Under the pieces are notes generated by a model, which was not told where the DNA came from, did not search any database, and worked only from the letters and a program-made list of their open reading frames with translations. This document shows, in pieces, positions 1 through 10,153 of a stretch of 20,000 nt of DNA (within the stretch, counting starts at the first letter, position 1; every line of letters starts with the position of its first letter). The position numbers and the translations under genes were made by a program. Source of the DNA: Gonapodya sp. JEL0774 (lineage: Eukaryota); contig JADIIX010000116.1 of NCBI GenBank assembly GCA_027604505.1, positions 50,582 through 70,581 of the forward strand, given 5' to 3'.

Positions 1-14
1 TATCCCACGACTCA

Positions 15-3000
15 ATGACGGAACACGATCTCACCAGCGAATGCACCACCAACAACGACACCAGCAAGGACACCACCACCGACGAAATACACATGGACCT
101 CGACTCCACCCGACCCGATCCTCCCGTCGCCTCACCCGCAAAGTCTGCACCCCCACCCACACCCACCAAACCGCCAATCGTGAAAACCGCCAAAGCTCGC
201 TTGGAATGGGCAAAACGACTCGACCTTTCGTTCCAATCGCGCTCCCCCTCTGCAGACCCCACGGCCACTTCTTCAGATCTCATGGATCTCGATGGTGACA
301 GCGATGGTGATGAAGCAGGGTACTCGTCCAAGACCAAGGGCAAACAGCCCGCCAAGAAAAAGCCCAGTGGTTCAAAGTACACCCCCTTGGAGGAGCAGTT
401 CGTTGAGCTGAGAAAAAAGCACCCGGACGTGCTGCTCATCATTGAAGTCGGCTATAAGTTCCGATTCTTTGATGAGGATGCCAGGGTGAGTGATGACTGC
501 CCCCAAACCACACTCGAGTTCTATTGCCGCAAAATTACCAACCATCATCTTCCTGCCCCCGCCGACCGCCCATCGTTGGCTTATCACCACCGCTCCCCAG
601 ACCGCCTCTAAACACCTGGGTATCGTCGCCTACTTGGACCACAACTTCCTCACGTGTTCCATCCCAACCCACCGACTTCCCGTACACGTCAAGAAGCTCG
701 TACATGCCGGATACAAGGTCGGAGTTGTCAGACAGATGTAGGTACCTCGAACAGGAGTGTGTTGGTGTGGGTCCCGCATGGACGAGGCCACAGGTCATTC
801 TTCGCATCCCACACCACACAACTCCAGGGAGACCGCCGCGTTGAAAAAAGCCGGGGACAACCGCAACACCCCCTTTGTTCGCAAACTCACCAACCTCTAC
901 ACAACATCAACCCTCGTCGATGACCTCGGACTCTCAGAACTCAACCCCTCTGCAGAAACCGCCGATGCCGGAGTCGACTTGCAACCCGTGGCAGGGTTCT
1001 TGGTGTGTCTGTGTGAAGACACCGCCAGCGCGGCGGCGGCGGGCAAAGGTACCGCCAGTGGGGTTTTGGACAGGGAGAAGGTCAAGGTTGGAATCGTTGG
1101 GGTGCAACTCGCAACAGGGGATGTGGTATTTGACGAGTTTGAAGATAATGGAGTTCGAAGTAAGTCGTTGATGTGCATGTAGTGCACTCGCTCTAAAGAC
1201 CACCACACGCACTAACTACCCTCTTCGATAAGACGAACTCTCAACTCGGCTCTTACACCTCCAACCCGCTGAGATTCTCCTCCCCTCAGACCCTCTCACG
1301 GACGCCACCGAGAAACTCGTCAAGGACTACGCCAAGCGGTCGATCGCTGTAAATGGCGGTGAGGACGCGTCACGGGTTGAGCGTTTGAAGGACCCAGTGT
1401 GGAGACGAAATAGGTGCGTATGGTGTTGTGCGGGCACGTGAAAGTTGACCAGTGTATCGGAGGCCACCATTCCTGAAATGTGCTGTAATCAACAGGGCCA
1501 AGGATTATCTGGCTCAGTTCTACACATCCTCCGACACCTCTTCACCCACTTCGACTCTCCTCATGGGGGCTGCCAGCTCTCTCCCCGACACCGTGCTGAT
1601 TTGTCTGGCCGCGCTCCTCCGTTATCTGGAGGACTTCGGTCTCCGTCACGTTTTCAAGACTACCGAAAGTTTCCGCAAGTTTACAGAACGAGTTGAGATT
1701 TGTCTAAACGCAAACACACTTCACAATCTAGAGGTGGGCGTTGCTATAAAAAAGTATTCCTTAATATGATTTGGTGAGATTCAATGCTGCAAATGTGATT
1801 CCCCACAGATATTTAGGACACAAGAGGGAACGGAGAAGGGTTCCTTGTTTTCACTCATGGATAATACCGTCACGGGGTTTGGAAAACGTATGCTCCGCAA
1901 GTGGGTGGGAAAGCCTCTCAAAGACAAGACGTGAGTTTGCATCCTCGAGACTGTTCGAGTGGTCATTTAAGCCTTGTGGACCGGTCAACTCATTCTCAAT
2001 GGGGACGTGACTCAAAAGCGCTTTGCAATTGCGAATCGATGCTGTGGAAGAACTGGTCAGTGGAGAGTTTGGCTCCAGCGATTTTGTCTGCGGTATCGTT
2101 GTCGCCCTTAAAAGGGCTCCAGACCTAGAACGCGGGGTCGCACGAATACAATACGGCCGTGTGAGTGGAATCCCCAGAAATTCACTCTCGCAGACACTGG
2201 ACTTAACTGTGTGGTTGTACGTACAGTGCTCGCCTGCCGAGTTGTTCGCCACGCTCGTCTCATTTCAAACCCTCGCCGAGGAATTCAGCCCTTCAGATGG
2301 CAATGCCGGTTCTGTCTACTCACCACTCATCAGAGGTATACTGGACACTGTGCCAAAAATTGCGGGAGTGGTGGAACCTTTTCTCGATGACATTGTTGGA
2401 AAGGCTGCTTTGGCCAATAATAAGGAGGATTTATTTAAGGAGGGCGGTGAAAGAGAAGAGAGATGGACAGCGGTGAAGGCCGAGAAAGATGTGAGTTGGA
2501 ATGAAACTAACCAGCAGCAGTCGTATTTGCTCTCTCGCTGATGGCCGGAACAAACACCAGTCGATATCGATGGTTGAATTTGAGCTTGATGAACACCTGA
2601 AAGAGATCAAGAAGAAGCTGAAGCGACCAGATCTGCAATACGTAACCGTGTCGCAAATTGATGTCAGTTGAGTTGTGAAAGCTTCGGTCTTGTATGTACG
2701 CAGAATTTACATTGTGTTCCTCCATGGCAGTACCTCATTGAAATTCGAAATAACCTGCTTTCGTCGGTGCCGTCTTCGTGGATCAAATTAAGTTCAACGA
2801 AAAGTGTCTCCCGGTTTCATACTCCCTTCATTGTCGAGAAGATGCAGGAGCGTGAGCGGCACAAAGAACTCTTGAAGGCAGAAGCAGACAAGGCATACAA
2901 GGGGTTCCTCGAAGACATAGCCTCCGTTGGTGGTGAAATGCGTACCTGTGTTGAGAAGATTGGGACGTTCGATTGCTTAGTCAGTCTAGGTAAGTTGAGA

Positions 3001-4217
3001 ACTAAGCAGATAATTTTCCCGGATCTTAATCGTCGGACCTTCTTTTTCTCGATTTAGCGACTGTTGCTCAGCAAACTGGTTACACGAAACCAGAATTTGT
3101 GGATGCAGCTGTGATCGAGGTCGTGCAAGGTCGACATCCGATGGTATGGTTATTGTCCGAGACCACACGAAACATTTTATTGTGTGGAACCTTTGCTTCT
3201 CAGGTGGAGGCGGTTGTATCGAACTACGTGCCAAACGACATTCATCTCACAGGCGAGGAGCGCTGTCTCGTTGTGACTGGTCCCAACATGGGCGTGAGTC
3301 GATCAAATCTCCGATGAAATCTGGAACGAGTGAAAGCACATCTGATGTGATCCGTAATAAAGGGGAAATCTTGTTACATCCGGGAGGTAGCCCTGATTTC
3401 CATCATGGCGCAGATTGTGAGATTGCTACAACACGCGTTTCCTCCTGAGTAAAGTTGCTCAGTTCCTTTACAACAGGGCTCTTATGTACCTGCAGAGTCC
3501 GCAAGGCTTGGACTGGTAGATGCTATTTTCACCAGGATGGGCGCTTCAGGTACGCTCAACTGGTGATGCCCATGTGAAAATGGGTGTCTTATCAGCATTG
3601 TCCTCTTTCAGACAATATTCAAAAGGGACAATCGACCTTCATGACGGAACTAGTGGAGACTTCGGAAATCCTTCAACTCGCGACTGAACGATCCCTCGTA
3701 ATTCTAGATGAGTTGGGAAGGGGCACAGTGAGTCCAAAAACACCTGATGATTTTTTCGAAATCAATTCATAGCTGATTTCTCGTCCCCTCTCTGTTGCAT
3801 TAGTCAACACACGACGGACAAGCAATTGCCATCGCAACGTTATCGCACCTTGTCCTGAGTGTGCGGAGCCTAACCTTGTTTGTCACACATTACCCCTCAG
3901 TGGGTTCTCTTGAGAAACAGCACCCCCGTATTGTACGCAATGCCCACATGGGATACCTTGAAGCAGAAAACGAAGAGGTGGTCTTCTTATACAAGTTAAC
4001 TCCAGGTCTAGCTCACAGGTCCTATGGACTAAATGTGGCTCGCCTGGCTGGTTTACCCAAATCTGTCTTAGAAAGTGCCGAAAAGATGTCAAGTGAGATG
4101 GAACACGACGTTGAAGGAAGGAAAGCCATCGTGTTGTGCAAAGCATTTGCAAAATTGCTTTGTGGGGGTCAGTGCACCCAAGAAGTTTTGGAGAGACTAA
4201 GATCAATGATTTCGTAG
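15..4217 (+). CDS. MSH3: DNA mismatch repair protein MSH3 (MutS-beta subunit), 16 exons; 5' end may lie upstream of the window
   Basis: Spliced translation gives [29 protein letters not shown] (MSH3-type GYK motif rather than the MSH6/MutS F-x-E), [17 protein letters not shown], Walker [27 protein letters not shown], Walker [22 protein letters not shown] and [13 protein letters not shown]. Frame-consistent GT-AG introns: 486-600, 738-827, 1160-1232, 1414-1495, 1734-1808, 1931-2018, 2161-2226, 2491-2560, 2663-2730, 2990-3057, 3144-3203, 3294-3362, 3417-3476, 3550-3611, 3728-3803; stop TAG 4215-4217. The frame is open from the window edge to ATG 15. Confidence 0.95.
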
Positions 4218-4305
4218 GGAATCAATCATATATGCCTAAAAATTATGGACAAAATTGCAATTGTAGTATTATATTCCAGTAATTGATCGTTCAGTCCCCG
4301 AAATG

Positions 4306-6472
4306 TCATGTTCCGCCTGCCGATCCAGTTGCTGTGCTATGACTTTCATCGGTGCGATTATCCGTCTGAGCTTCGTGATACATTTGCCCGTTGCCTCTGT
4401 TGATGGAGTGTCTGTCTTGAATCGATGATTCTGTTCCACTCGTGGGGGCTGTGTCGTCGATGGATGCCAAACCGCGGGCCGTGTTGGAGCTACCGGCGGA
4501 TACGGTCCGATGCGTTTGGATCTCCTGGCGAGCAGACAAGCTGTGTTCGGCATGAGAAGATGACTCGACGGCAGCACGTGTTTCAGCCGGTCCCGGAGAG
4601 ATTTGGTTTGGTTCTGTGCATCAAATTCATAAAGTTACTGTTGCGTCTAGCCGATAAGCACCAAATCAAATTGTTCACCATTGACCCGCGGCTTCTTCAA
4701 CGGCCGCTGATCGTCGACACGTTGTCCAGTGGGATTTTCGCCATGGCTTTGCAAGCCTTCACCACTTGCACCCCCCAAGTTCATATTACTGTTTTCTTGT
4801 GAGTCTCTTCGGCGCTTTTTTTGGTGCAGGACCTGATACAATAGTTCAGTCAGCTCACTGGGTTTGCACAAATGGACAGCGACACATCATTGACTCACAC
4901 TAAATTTTTTTAGCTCAGCATTGATGCGCTCTTCACATCTTCGGGTATAGGCTTCGAGGGAAGCATCAAGAGAACTGTAAAGCGGTACGAACAAATGCGT
5001 TCGGAAAAAATCGAAAGCCACGAGATTTGTTCCACTCACCTTAGACTGGAAGCAATAACATTCTCGTTGTATTTCTGTAAGGTGTCCCAGTTGTCCTCGT
5101 CATGGGGTACTTTTATCACTCCTCGTAAACGTTCTTCAACTTCGTCTACTTTCTCGGTTAAGGCGTAAGTATCTGTGTCCAGCTTTTGCTGCAAACTTCG
5201 GAGCAAGGAGTTTGTCTCATTGAGCGCATCTTTGAACTTCTTTCCCTCAACTTCAAACATCTCTCTTGTGTAAGATTTGACTTCGTCCCGAGCCGACTTT
5301 CCGATCTTACGCAGCTCTTCGACCCCTGCCTTCACATCGTTCTGCTCCCTTGACAGCCGTGAGAGAGAATCTTCTGCGTGAACAATCTTTGTGCTGAATC
5401 CTTGCTGCTTGCTTTCAAGACTCTCATACTTCTCGTTCAATTTCGAGAGTGCCATCAATTTCGATTCTAATTTCTCCGCAGTAGAGGCAAGACTCTTCAA
5501 CTTTTCCACATGGGTTGGAATCTCAGTCACTCTACTTTCCAGTTCTGTCAGTTTTTTCTGGAGCGAATCAACATTGGACCGTAAGTGAGTTTGCTGTGAC
5601 TGATTGGCCTGTTGTAAATCTTTGACGGACTTCTCAAGTCTCTGAATAGTCTCTTGTTGCTTAGCGAGTGCCGCAAAAATATCTGACTTGTCCCTATCCT
5701 TTCCCGCATCGACAACCTTATTCATCCCACCAAACAGCTGGCTGATAGCTGAAACTGCATCCAGGATAGTCATCTTATTGTCTCGTAAATGCTTGGCGAA
5801 TTGGTGAGATCGTTGCCCGACCACATCCTCGAGGTCAAGAGCCAGTGTCCCGAGGTCCATTTTCCGTTGCTGCAAGGATCTCATGTCCTTCTGACTTATC
5901 ATCAAGTCCAGCCCATCCTGAAACTTTCGAATATCATCCTGCACATGCAACAAATCCTTTCGCACAGCACTCTCCAGGTCCTCCTTAGTCACCAAGCGAG
6001 CCGCATTCGCTGACAGAGTGCTGACAATTTTTGCATCCAAAATCTCACTGAGATCGCTCAGCTTCCCGCGGCGGAGAGTGTCCATGCGAGATTCTAGTTG
6101 TTGGATTATTGTACCTGGCGAGATTCCTCAATGGTCAAGTCTGACACAACACAAGTAATTCCAAAAGACATGGCCAATATAAGAAATCTACTTACTGTAG
6201 CGATCCTTGGCCTTTCGATTGCAGGAGAGCAGTGAAATCGGATTGATTCATGATGGGAAGTTCGGTGTTCACAAAGTGAAGATCCAAGCGGAATCCTTCC
6301 CGGGCGGAGATTCGGCGAGGCAACTCACCGGATTCCCTTCAAGGGAGGCTACCATTTCCTTCATCGCAATCATTTGCCTCCGTTGCGAGTCCAAACGAAC
6401 GTACTCCGTCCATGACGTTTGAGCCGCGAGCAATCGCTCCAAGAAGGCGTCCGGGGGGGCAGCAGGGGGCAT
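4306..6472 (-). CDS. Uncharacterised coiled-coil protein (~590 aa) with basic NLS-like clusters and a low-complexity C-terminal tail
   Basis: Exons 6472-6329, 6211-6196, 6114-5040, 4974-4899, 4832-4679 and 4613-4306 join in one frame (1773 nt) through GT-AG introns (donors GTGAGT, GTAAGT, GTGAGT, GTGAGT, GTGAAC). The long exon is E/K/L/Q-rich with heptad-like spacing; KKRRR and RPLKKPR lie in exon 5. The last intron is the least certain; otherwise the stop is at 4647. Confidence 0.7.
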
Positions 6473-6625
6473 TGCCACTTAAAGCAATGGTTTGAACCTT
6501 TGTGAAGCCGCCGAGAAATAATACTGGGGCAGAATTGTTTTGTAACAAGGAATGACGACTTTGGGTGAGAGAACACAGGGCGTGGGACTGACAGACTCGG
6601 ATAGCACATAATCATCAAAAATTAT

Positions 6626-9600
6626 TCAGGGAAGCTCTGCTGCCACTAATTTTAAAATTTCTCCAGTAGTCCGTCCAAAGTTCTTTAAGTTCTTTGATAC
6701 GACCTGCCACACTTCCCCATGCTTCGGTTCTGCCAACGCACACCTCTCCAAGACCTCCTCGGCCATCCCTGCATTACTCTCGCCCTTCTCATTCACAGCC
6801 GTTTTTCCCGTTCGCAATTCAAAGCGATACCAAAAGGCCCACCCATCTCCCCAGTCAGGATCGATCTTAACGGCTCGAGAATACCATGTTCGAGCCTTCT
6901 CCACCTTTCGTTCAGTCTCGAACAGCTCTGCTACCGCCGCTACTATTCTGGGATCATTCTCTAGCCGCTTGAGCGCGTCCGTGCTCTTCGATTTCTTTTG
7001 TGGTCGTGGGGCGTCCCGAATTTCCAGCCGCCAGAGGATGCCGGATGTGGGACATTCCTGGAGGGCTTTCGCGCGCAGTGTTGCCCGCATCGTGGACCCA
7101 ACCGGCTCGTTTTCCACTGCGGCTGCCCACAAAACGTCACTTTTTGGCACCATCAGACGCGCACGTTCGAGAACCGCGCGTGCTCGAATCGGCTGTTGAG
7201 CCTTCACGCGCTCCAGATTCGCCGAGTGGAGCCACAGAGGAATGGACTTGGAGCAAGATTTGAGACCCTTGTTGTAGGTTTCTCTAGCTGCAGCCACATT
7301 GCCCATTTCCATCTCCTCGATTTGTCCTTTGATAAGCCACAGCTTATCAAACGCAGGCCACTTCTCAAGGGCCTTATCCAGTAGCTCCAATGCCTTCTGA
7401 GGCTCGCCAATCCTCCTCTCAAATACAGCAGCCTTCATCCACACCCTCTGGGCACCAGCCTCTGTCATGGCTTGCCCAAAGAGCGCACGAGCCCGATCTA
7501 CATCCCCGCTTTCCGATTCAAGCCGTACGGCTTCGAGCCATATCTCCTCAGAAGAGGAGTTGGACCGGAGCGCGTCGGCAAGCAGCCCGCGCGCACCGTC
7601 CATGTCCCCGGCTGCCCACTTTTCCCGAGCACCCATGAGCCACAGAACCTCGGCCTGTGGACAGTATCGAACAGCGCGTTGTAAAATCTCTTCGAGGCTC
7701 TCTTTTGTGCCGTGTTGCTTCTCCAGGAGCGCCGCCTTGTGCCACAGGTTCTTGCGAGTCGGATGGCTCTTTACAGCATGGGCGTAGATGGCTCGCGCAG
7801 TCTGCACCGCTCCTTGCGCCACGGCCCTGTCTGCGTCTTCGGTCCAAATCTTGCGCGAGTCTTCTTCCTCCAACCCGAGGTCCATCGTCGCCCTGACAAT
7901 GGTCTGGCAGGTCACCACGTTCCCTTCCTTCTCGCATCGTTCCGCTTCCCGAAGCCACTGCTCCCGATCGAGCACACTGCCAGTCTTTGACAAATTATCC
8001 ACAGCACGATTGATGATGCGCTCCACCATCTTTTCGTTCCCCTGAGTCTCTTCCAGTGTCGCCGCAGTGATCCAGATCTCGTGCGAGGTGGGCACGGCCT
8101 TGCGAGCGTTGTTGAGAACTACTTTCGCCTGCTCGTAGTTCTCAAGGCGGGCCAAGGCCAACCACAAATCCACCGACAATGGTACACATTCGACCGCTCG
8201 ACTGAGCAAGATCCGTGCGTCGTCGGGGTCGCTCTCCAGGGACACAGCGGATTTCCAAAGTGAAACTGAGTTGGGAATGTACTCGAGAGCGCGACGTATG
8301 ACACGCTTTTTGAGCTTCGAGTCCGTTTCCAAATCCAGAGCCCTGAGCCAGATGCGCACGGACTGCGGTAAGTGGCGAACTGCCTGAGCCAATATGACCT
8401 TGGCATTTTCCGGTGTATTGAGTCGAGCAGACTCGAGCCAGACATCTTCGGATTTTGGGCACTCTTCGCAACCCTTTGCGATCACCTCGCGGGCTTGGAC
8501 GAGCTTCCCCATGACCTCCTCCAACCTCGCCGCGGCGATCCACCCAGGGGGGTGTTTGGGATTGGTGAGCGTGACGGATCGTAGGAGTTGTCGTGCCTTT
8601 TTGTAGTCGGAGACGTCGGCGGAGGATTTGATGTTGATGGAGGAGAGATCGGTGAGGTAGCCCTTTGGGTCCACCGTGGTTTGTCCCGAGACCGAGTCCG
8701 ACACTTGGTCGAGCTTGAGTCCGAGAACGGTCCCCCGAGCTTGCCCAAACTTGACAAAGTCGGTCAGCGTGCCGTCGGTGCCGGGGACGGCCGAGTCGAA
8801 CCCGCCATTGACCTGCTGCTGCGGATCCAACGCGCTGTTGAACCCCGTGTTCTCGTGAGCCCGCATGATCACAGAGTCTGGGACGGGCATGAACCGCTCC
8901 TTCATGTTGCCCGTTTGCTTCTTGGTCCCTCCCTTTCGCCGGGACAGGTCCCCCACGTCGGGTATGGCGGCCCAGTCGTCCTCGGACAAGGTCCCCAAGC
9001 TGCGCTTGATGTCCGAGAACTGCGCCTGAATCTTTGGCGCTGCGGCTTTCGCGATTTCCATCTCCTCCCTTTCCCGAGCCTCCCGACGCACCTTGCGCCG
9101 TTCGTCCATCTTCTTCTCCACCGCGTCCCAGATCCGGTCCGCCTCCTCGTCGTCCGCTTCGTACGGTAAACCCGCGAACAAGCCCGTCTCATTCTCCGGA
9201 TCCTGGAACCGCTCGGCGTTCCCATCGTCCCCCCCGCCGCCGGGCGCGGCGCCCCCCCGCCCCGCGGGGGGGGCGGCGGGGCGGCCGGGGCGCGGGGGGG
9301 CGCCCGGCGGCNNNNNNNNNNCCCCCCCTCCTCCTCCCTCGCCCCCCCCACCCCCGTCGTCCCCCCCACCCCCCCCACCGTCGTCCCCCCTGCCCGCACC
9401 ACCACCACCCTCGCCACGACCCCGCCCCCGCCCCCGCCCACGACCGCGCCCGGCTCCGTCGCCGTCCTCGAATGCGACGGTTTCTCGGGCCGGACCGAGG
9501 TCGGACCGTGTGGTGAACCCAGACGCTCCGCGACCGAGACCGGCGACGTAGCCTGGTGGTGCCTCGCGTTGGAGAAAGTCCTGTAGTAGGAAAAAAGAGG

Positions 9601-9742
9601 GGGGGCGGAGGGGGGGCGGGGGGGAAAGGGGGATTGTGGTTGGTTGGAGAGAGCTTGTGTCCAAAAGGGACGATTCACAGTGAATGGCGGCAATGGGTAC
9701 CTTGTAAACGACGAAATTCCCAAAGATGGACTGCTGAGCCAT
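6626..9742 (-). CDS. PRP6: U5/U4.U6.U5 tri-snRNP pre-mRNA splicing factor PRP6 (PRP1_N domain plus HAT/TPR repeats)
   Basis: Contains [88 protein letters not shown] and [10 protein letters not shown], all typical of PRP6. Likely exon 1 is 9742-9701 ([14 protein letters not shown]), then intron 9700-9581 (GTACCC..TACAG), then exon 9580-6626, interrupted by the N gap at 9312-9321. Confidence 0.96.
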   Translation of the reverse strand: MAQQSIFGNFVVYKVPIAAIHCESSLLDTSSLQPTTIPLSPPPPLRPPSFFLLQDFLQREAPPGYVAGLGRGASGFTTRSDLGPARETVAFEDGDGAGRGRGRGRGRGRGEGGGGAGRGDDGGGGGGDDGGGGGEGGGGGXXXXPPGAPPRPGRPAAPPAGRGGAAPGGGGDDGNAERFQDPENETGLFAGLPYEADDEEADRIWDAVEKKMDERRKVRREAREREEMEIAKAAAPKIQAQFSDIKRSLGTLSEDDWAAIPDVGDLSRRKGGTKKQTGNMKERFMPVPDSVIMRAHENTGFNSALDPQQQVNGGFDSAVPGTDGTLTDFVKFGQARGTVLGLKLDQVSDSVSGQTTVDPKGYLTDLSSINIKSSADVSDYKKARQLLRSVTLTNPKHPPGWIAAARLEEVMGKLVQAREVIAKGCEECPKSEDVWLESARLNTPENAKVILAQAVRHLPQSVRIWLRALDLETDSKLKKRVIRRALEYIPNSVSLWKSAVSLESDPDDARILLSRAVECVPLSVDLWLALARLENYEQAKVVLNNARKAVPTSHEIWITAATLEETQGNEKMVERIINRAVDNLSKTGSVLDREQWLREAERCEKEGNVVTCQTIVRATMDLGLEEEDSRKIWTEDADRAVAQGAVQTARAIYAHAVKSHPTRKNLWHKAALLEKQHGTKESLEEILQRAVRYCPQAEVLWLMGAREKWAAGDMDGARGLLADALRSNSSSEEIWLEAVRLESESGDVDRARALFGQAMTEAGAQRVWMKAAVFERRIGEPQKALELLDKALEKWPAFDKLWLIKGQIEEMEMGNVAAARETYNKGLKSCSKSIPLWLHSANLERVKAQQPIRARAVLERARLMVPKSDVLWAAAVENEPVGSTMRATLRAKALQECPTSGILWRLEIRDAPRPQKKSKSTDALKRLENDPRIVAAVAELFETERKVEKARTWYSRAVKIDPDWGDGWAFWYRFELRTGKTAVNEKGESNAGMAEEVLERCALAEPKHGEVWQVVSKNLKNFGRTTGEILKLVAAELP
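9312..9321. other. Assembly gap (10 N) inside the PRP6 5' region
   Basis: Run of N. The adjacent stretch 9229-9311 contains only G and C, which suggests poor base calls. Confidence 0.99.
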
Positions 9743-10153
9743 TTCGCCTGGGGACGGGGAACAGACGCCGGATTCAAAAGAAAAGTAAATCGGTTTCTGA
9801 ACAGGTTTGAGATGCTGCTGCGCTTGGGCACGAACGAACGAGGACACCACAGAAATTCCCCCAATTCAAATTCCATTCACATTCCAACATGACCAGCAAA
9901 TTCCACATGGGGCAGGTGTTGTTAGTTCCACAGTTGTTGCAAGTACTAAAATATTACATCGGAATCATCATTATAAGAATAATCTCTCGTTTCACAATCG
10001 AGACCCCGAAGAGAGGAGAGGGGGGCGGGGTGTCCAAACCACACCAGAGTCCAGGAAATGCGACCCCCGTGCCATGTGCCGTGTGCCGTGTGCAGAGAAA
10101 TACCATTTTACGACCACCGAACACAAAAAACCCCATTATTCCTCTCCACCGGG

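Noticed and set aside
15..4217. Fragmented MSH3 ORFs as a pseudogene, or as a cause of the nearby microsatellites
   Set aside because: Every break is explained by a frame-consistent GT-AG intron and the motifs are intact. MSH3 acts in trans, so proximity to repeats means nothing.
9229..9311. 83-nt stretch of only G and C as a special structural element
   Set aside because: It abuts an N gap and looks like low-quality contig-end sequence; 12962-12999 next to another gap is similar.
9743..9850. N-terminal extension of the 1074-aa PRP6 ORF
   Set aside because: It depends on a non-ATG start from the ORF caller. The first ATG is at 9742 and PRP6 similarity begins after the intron.
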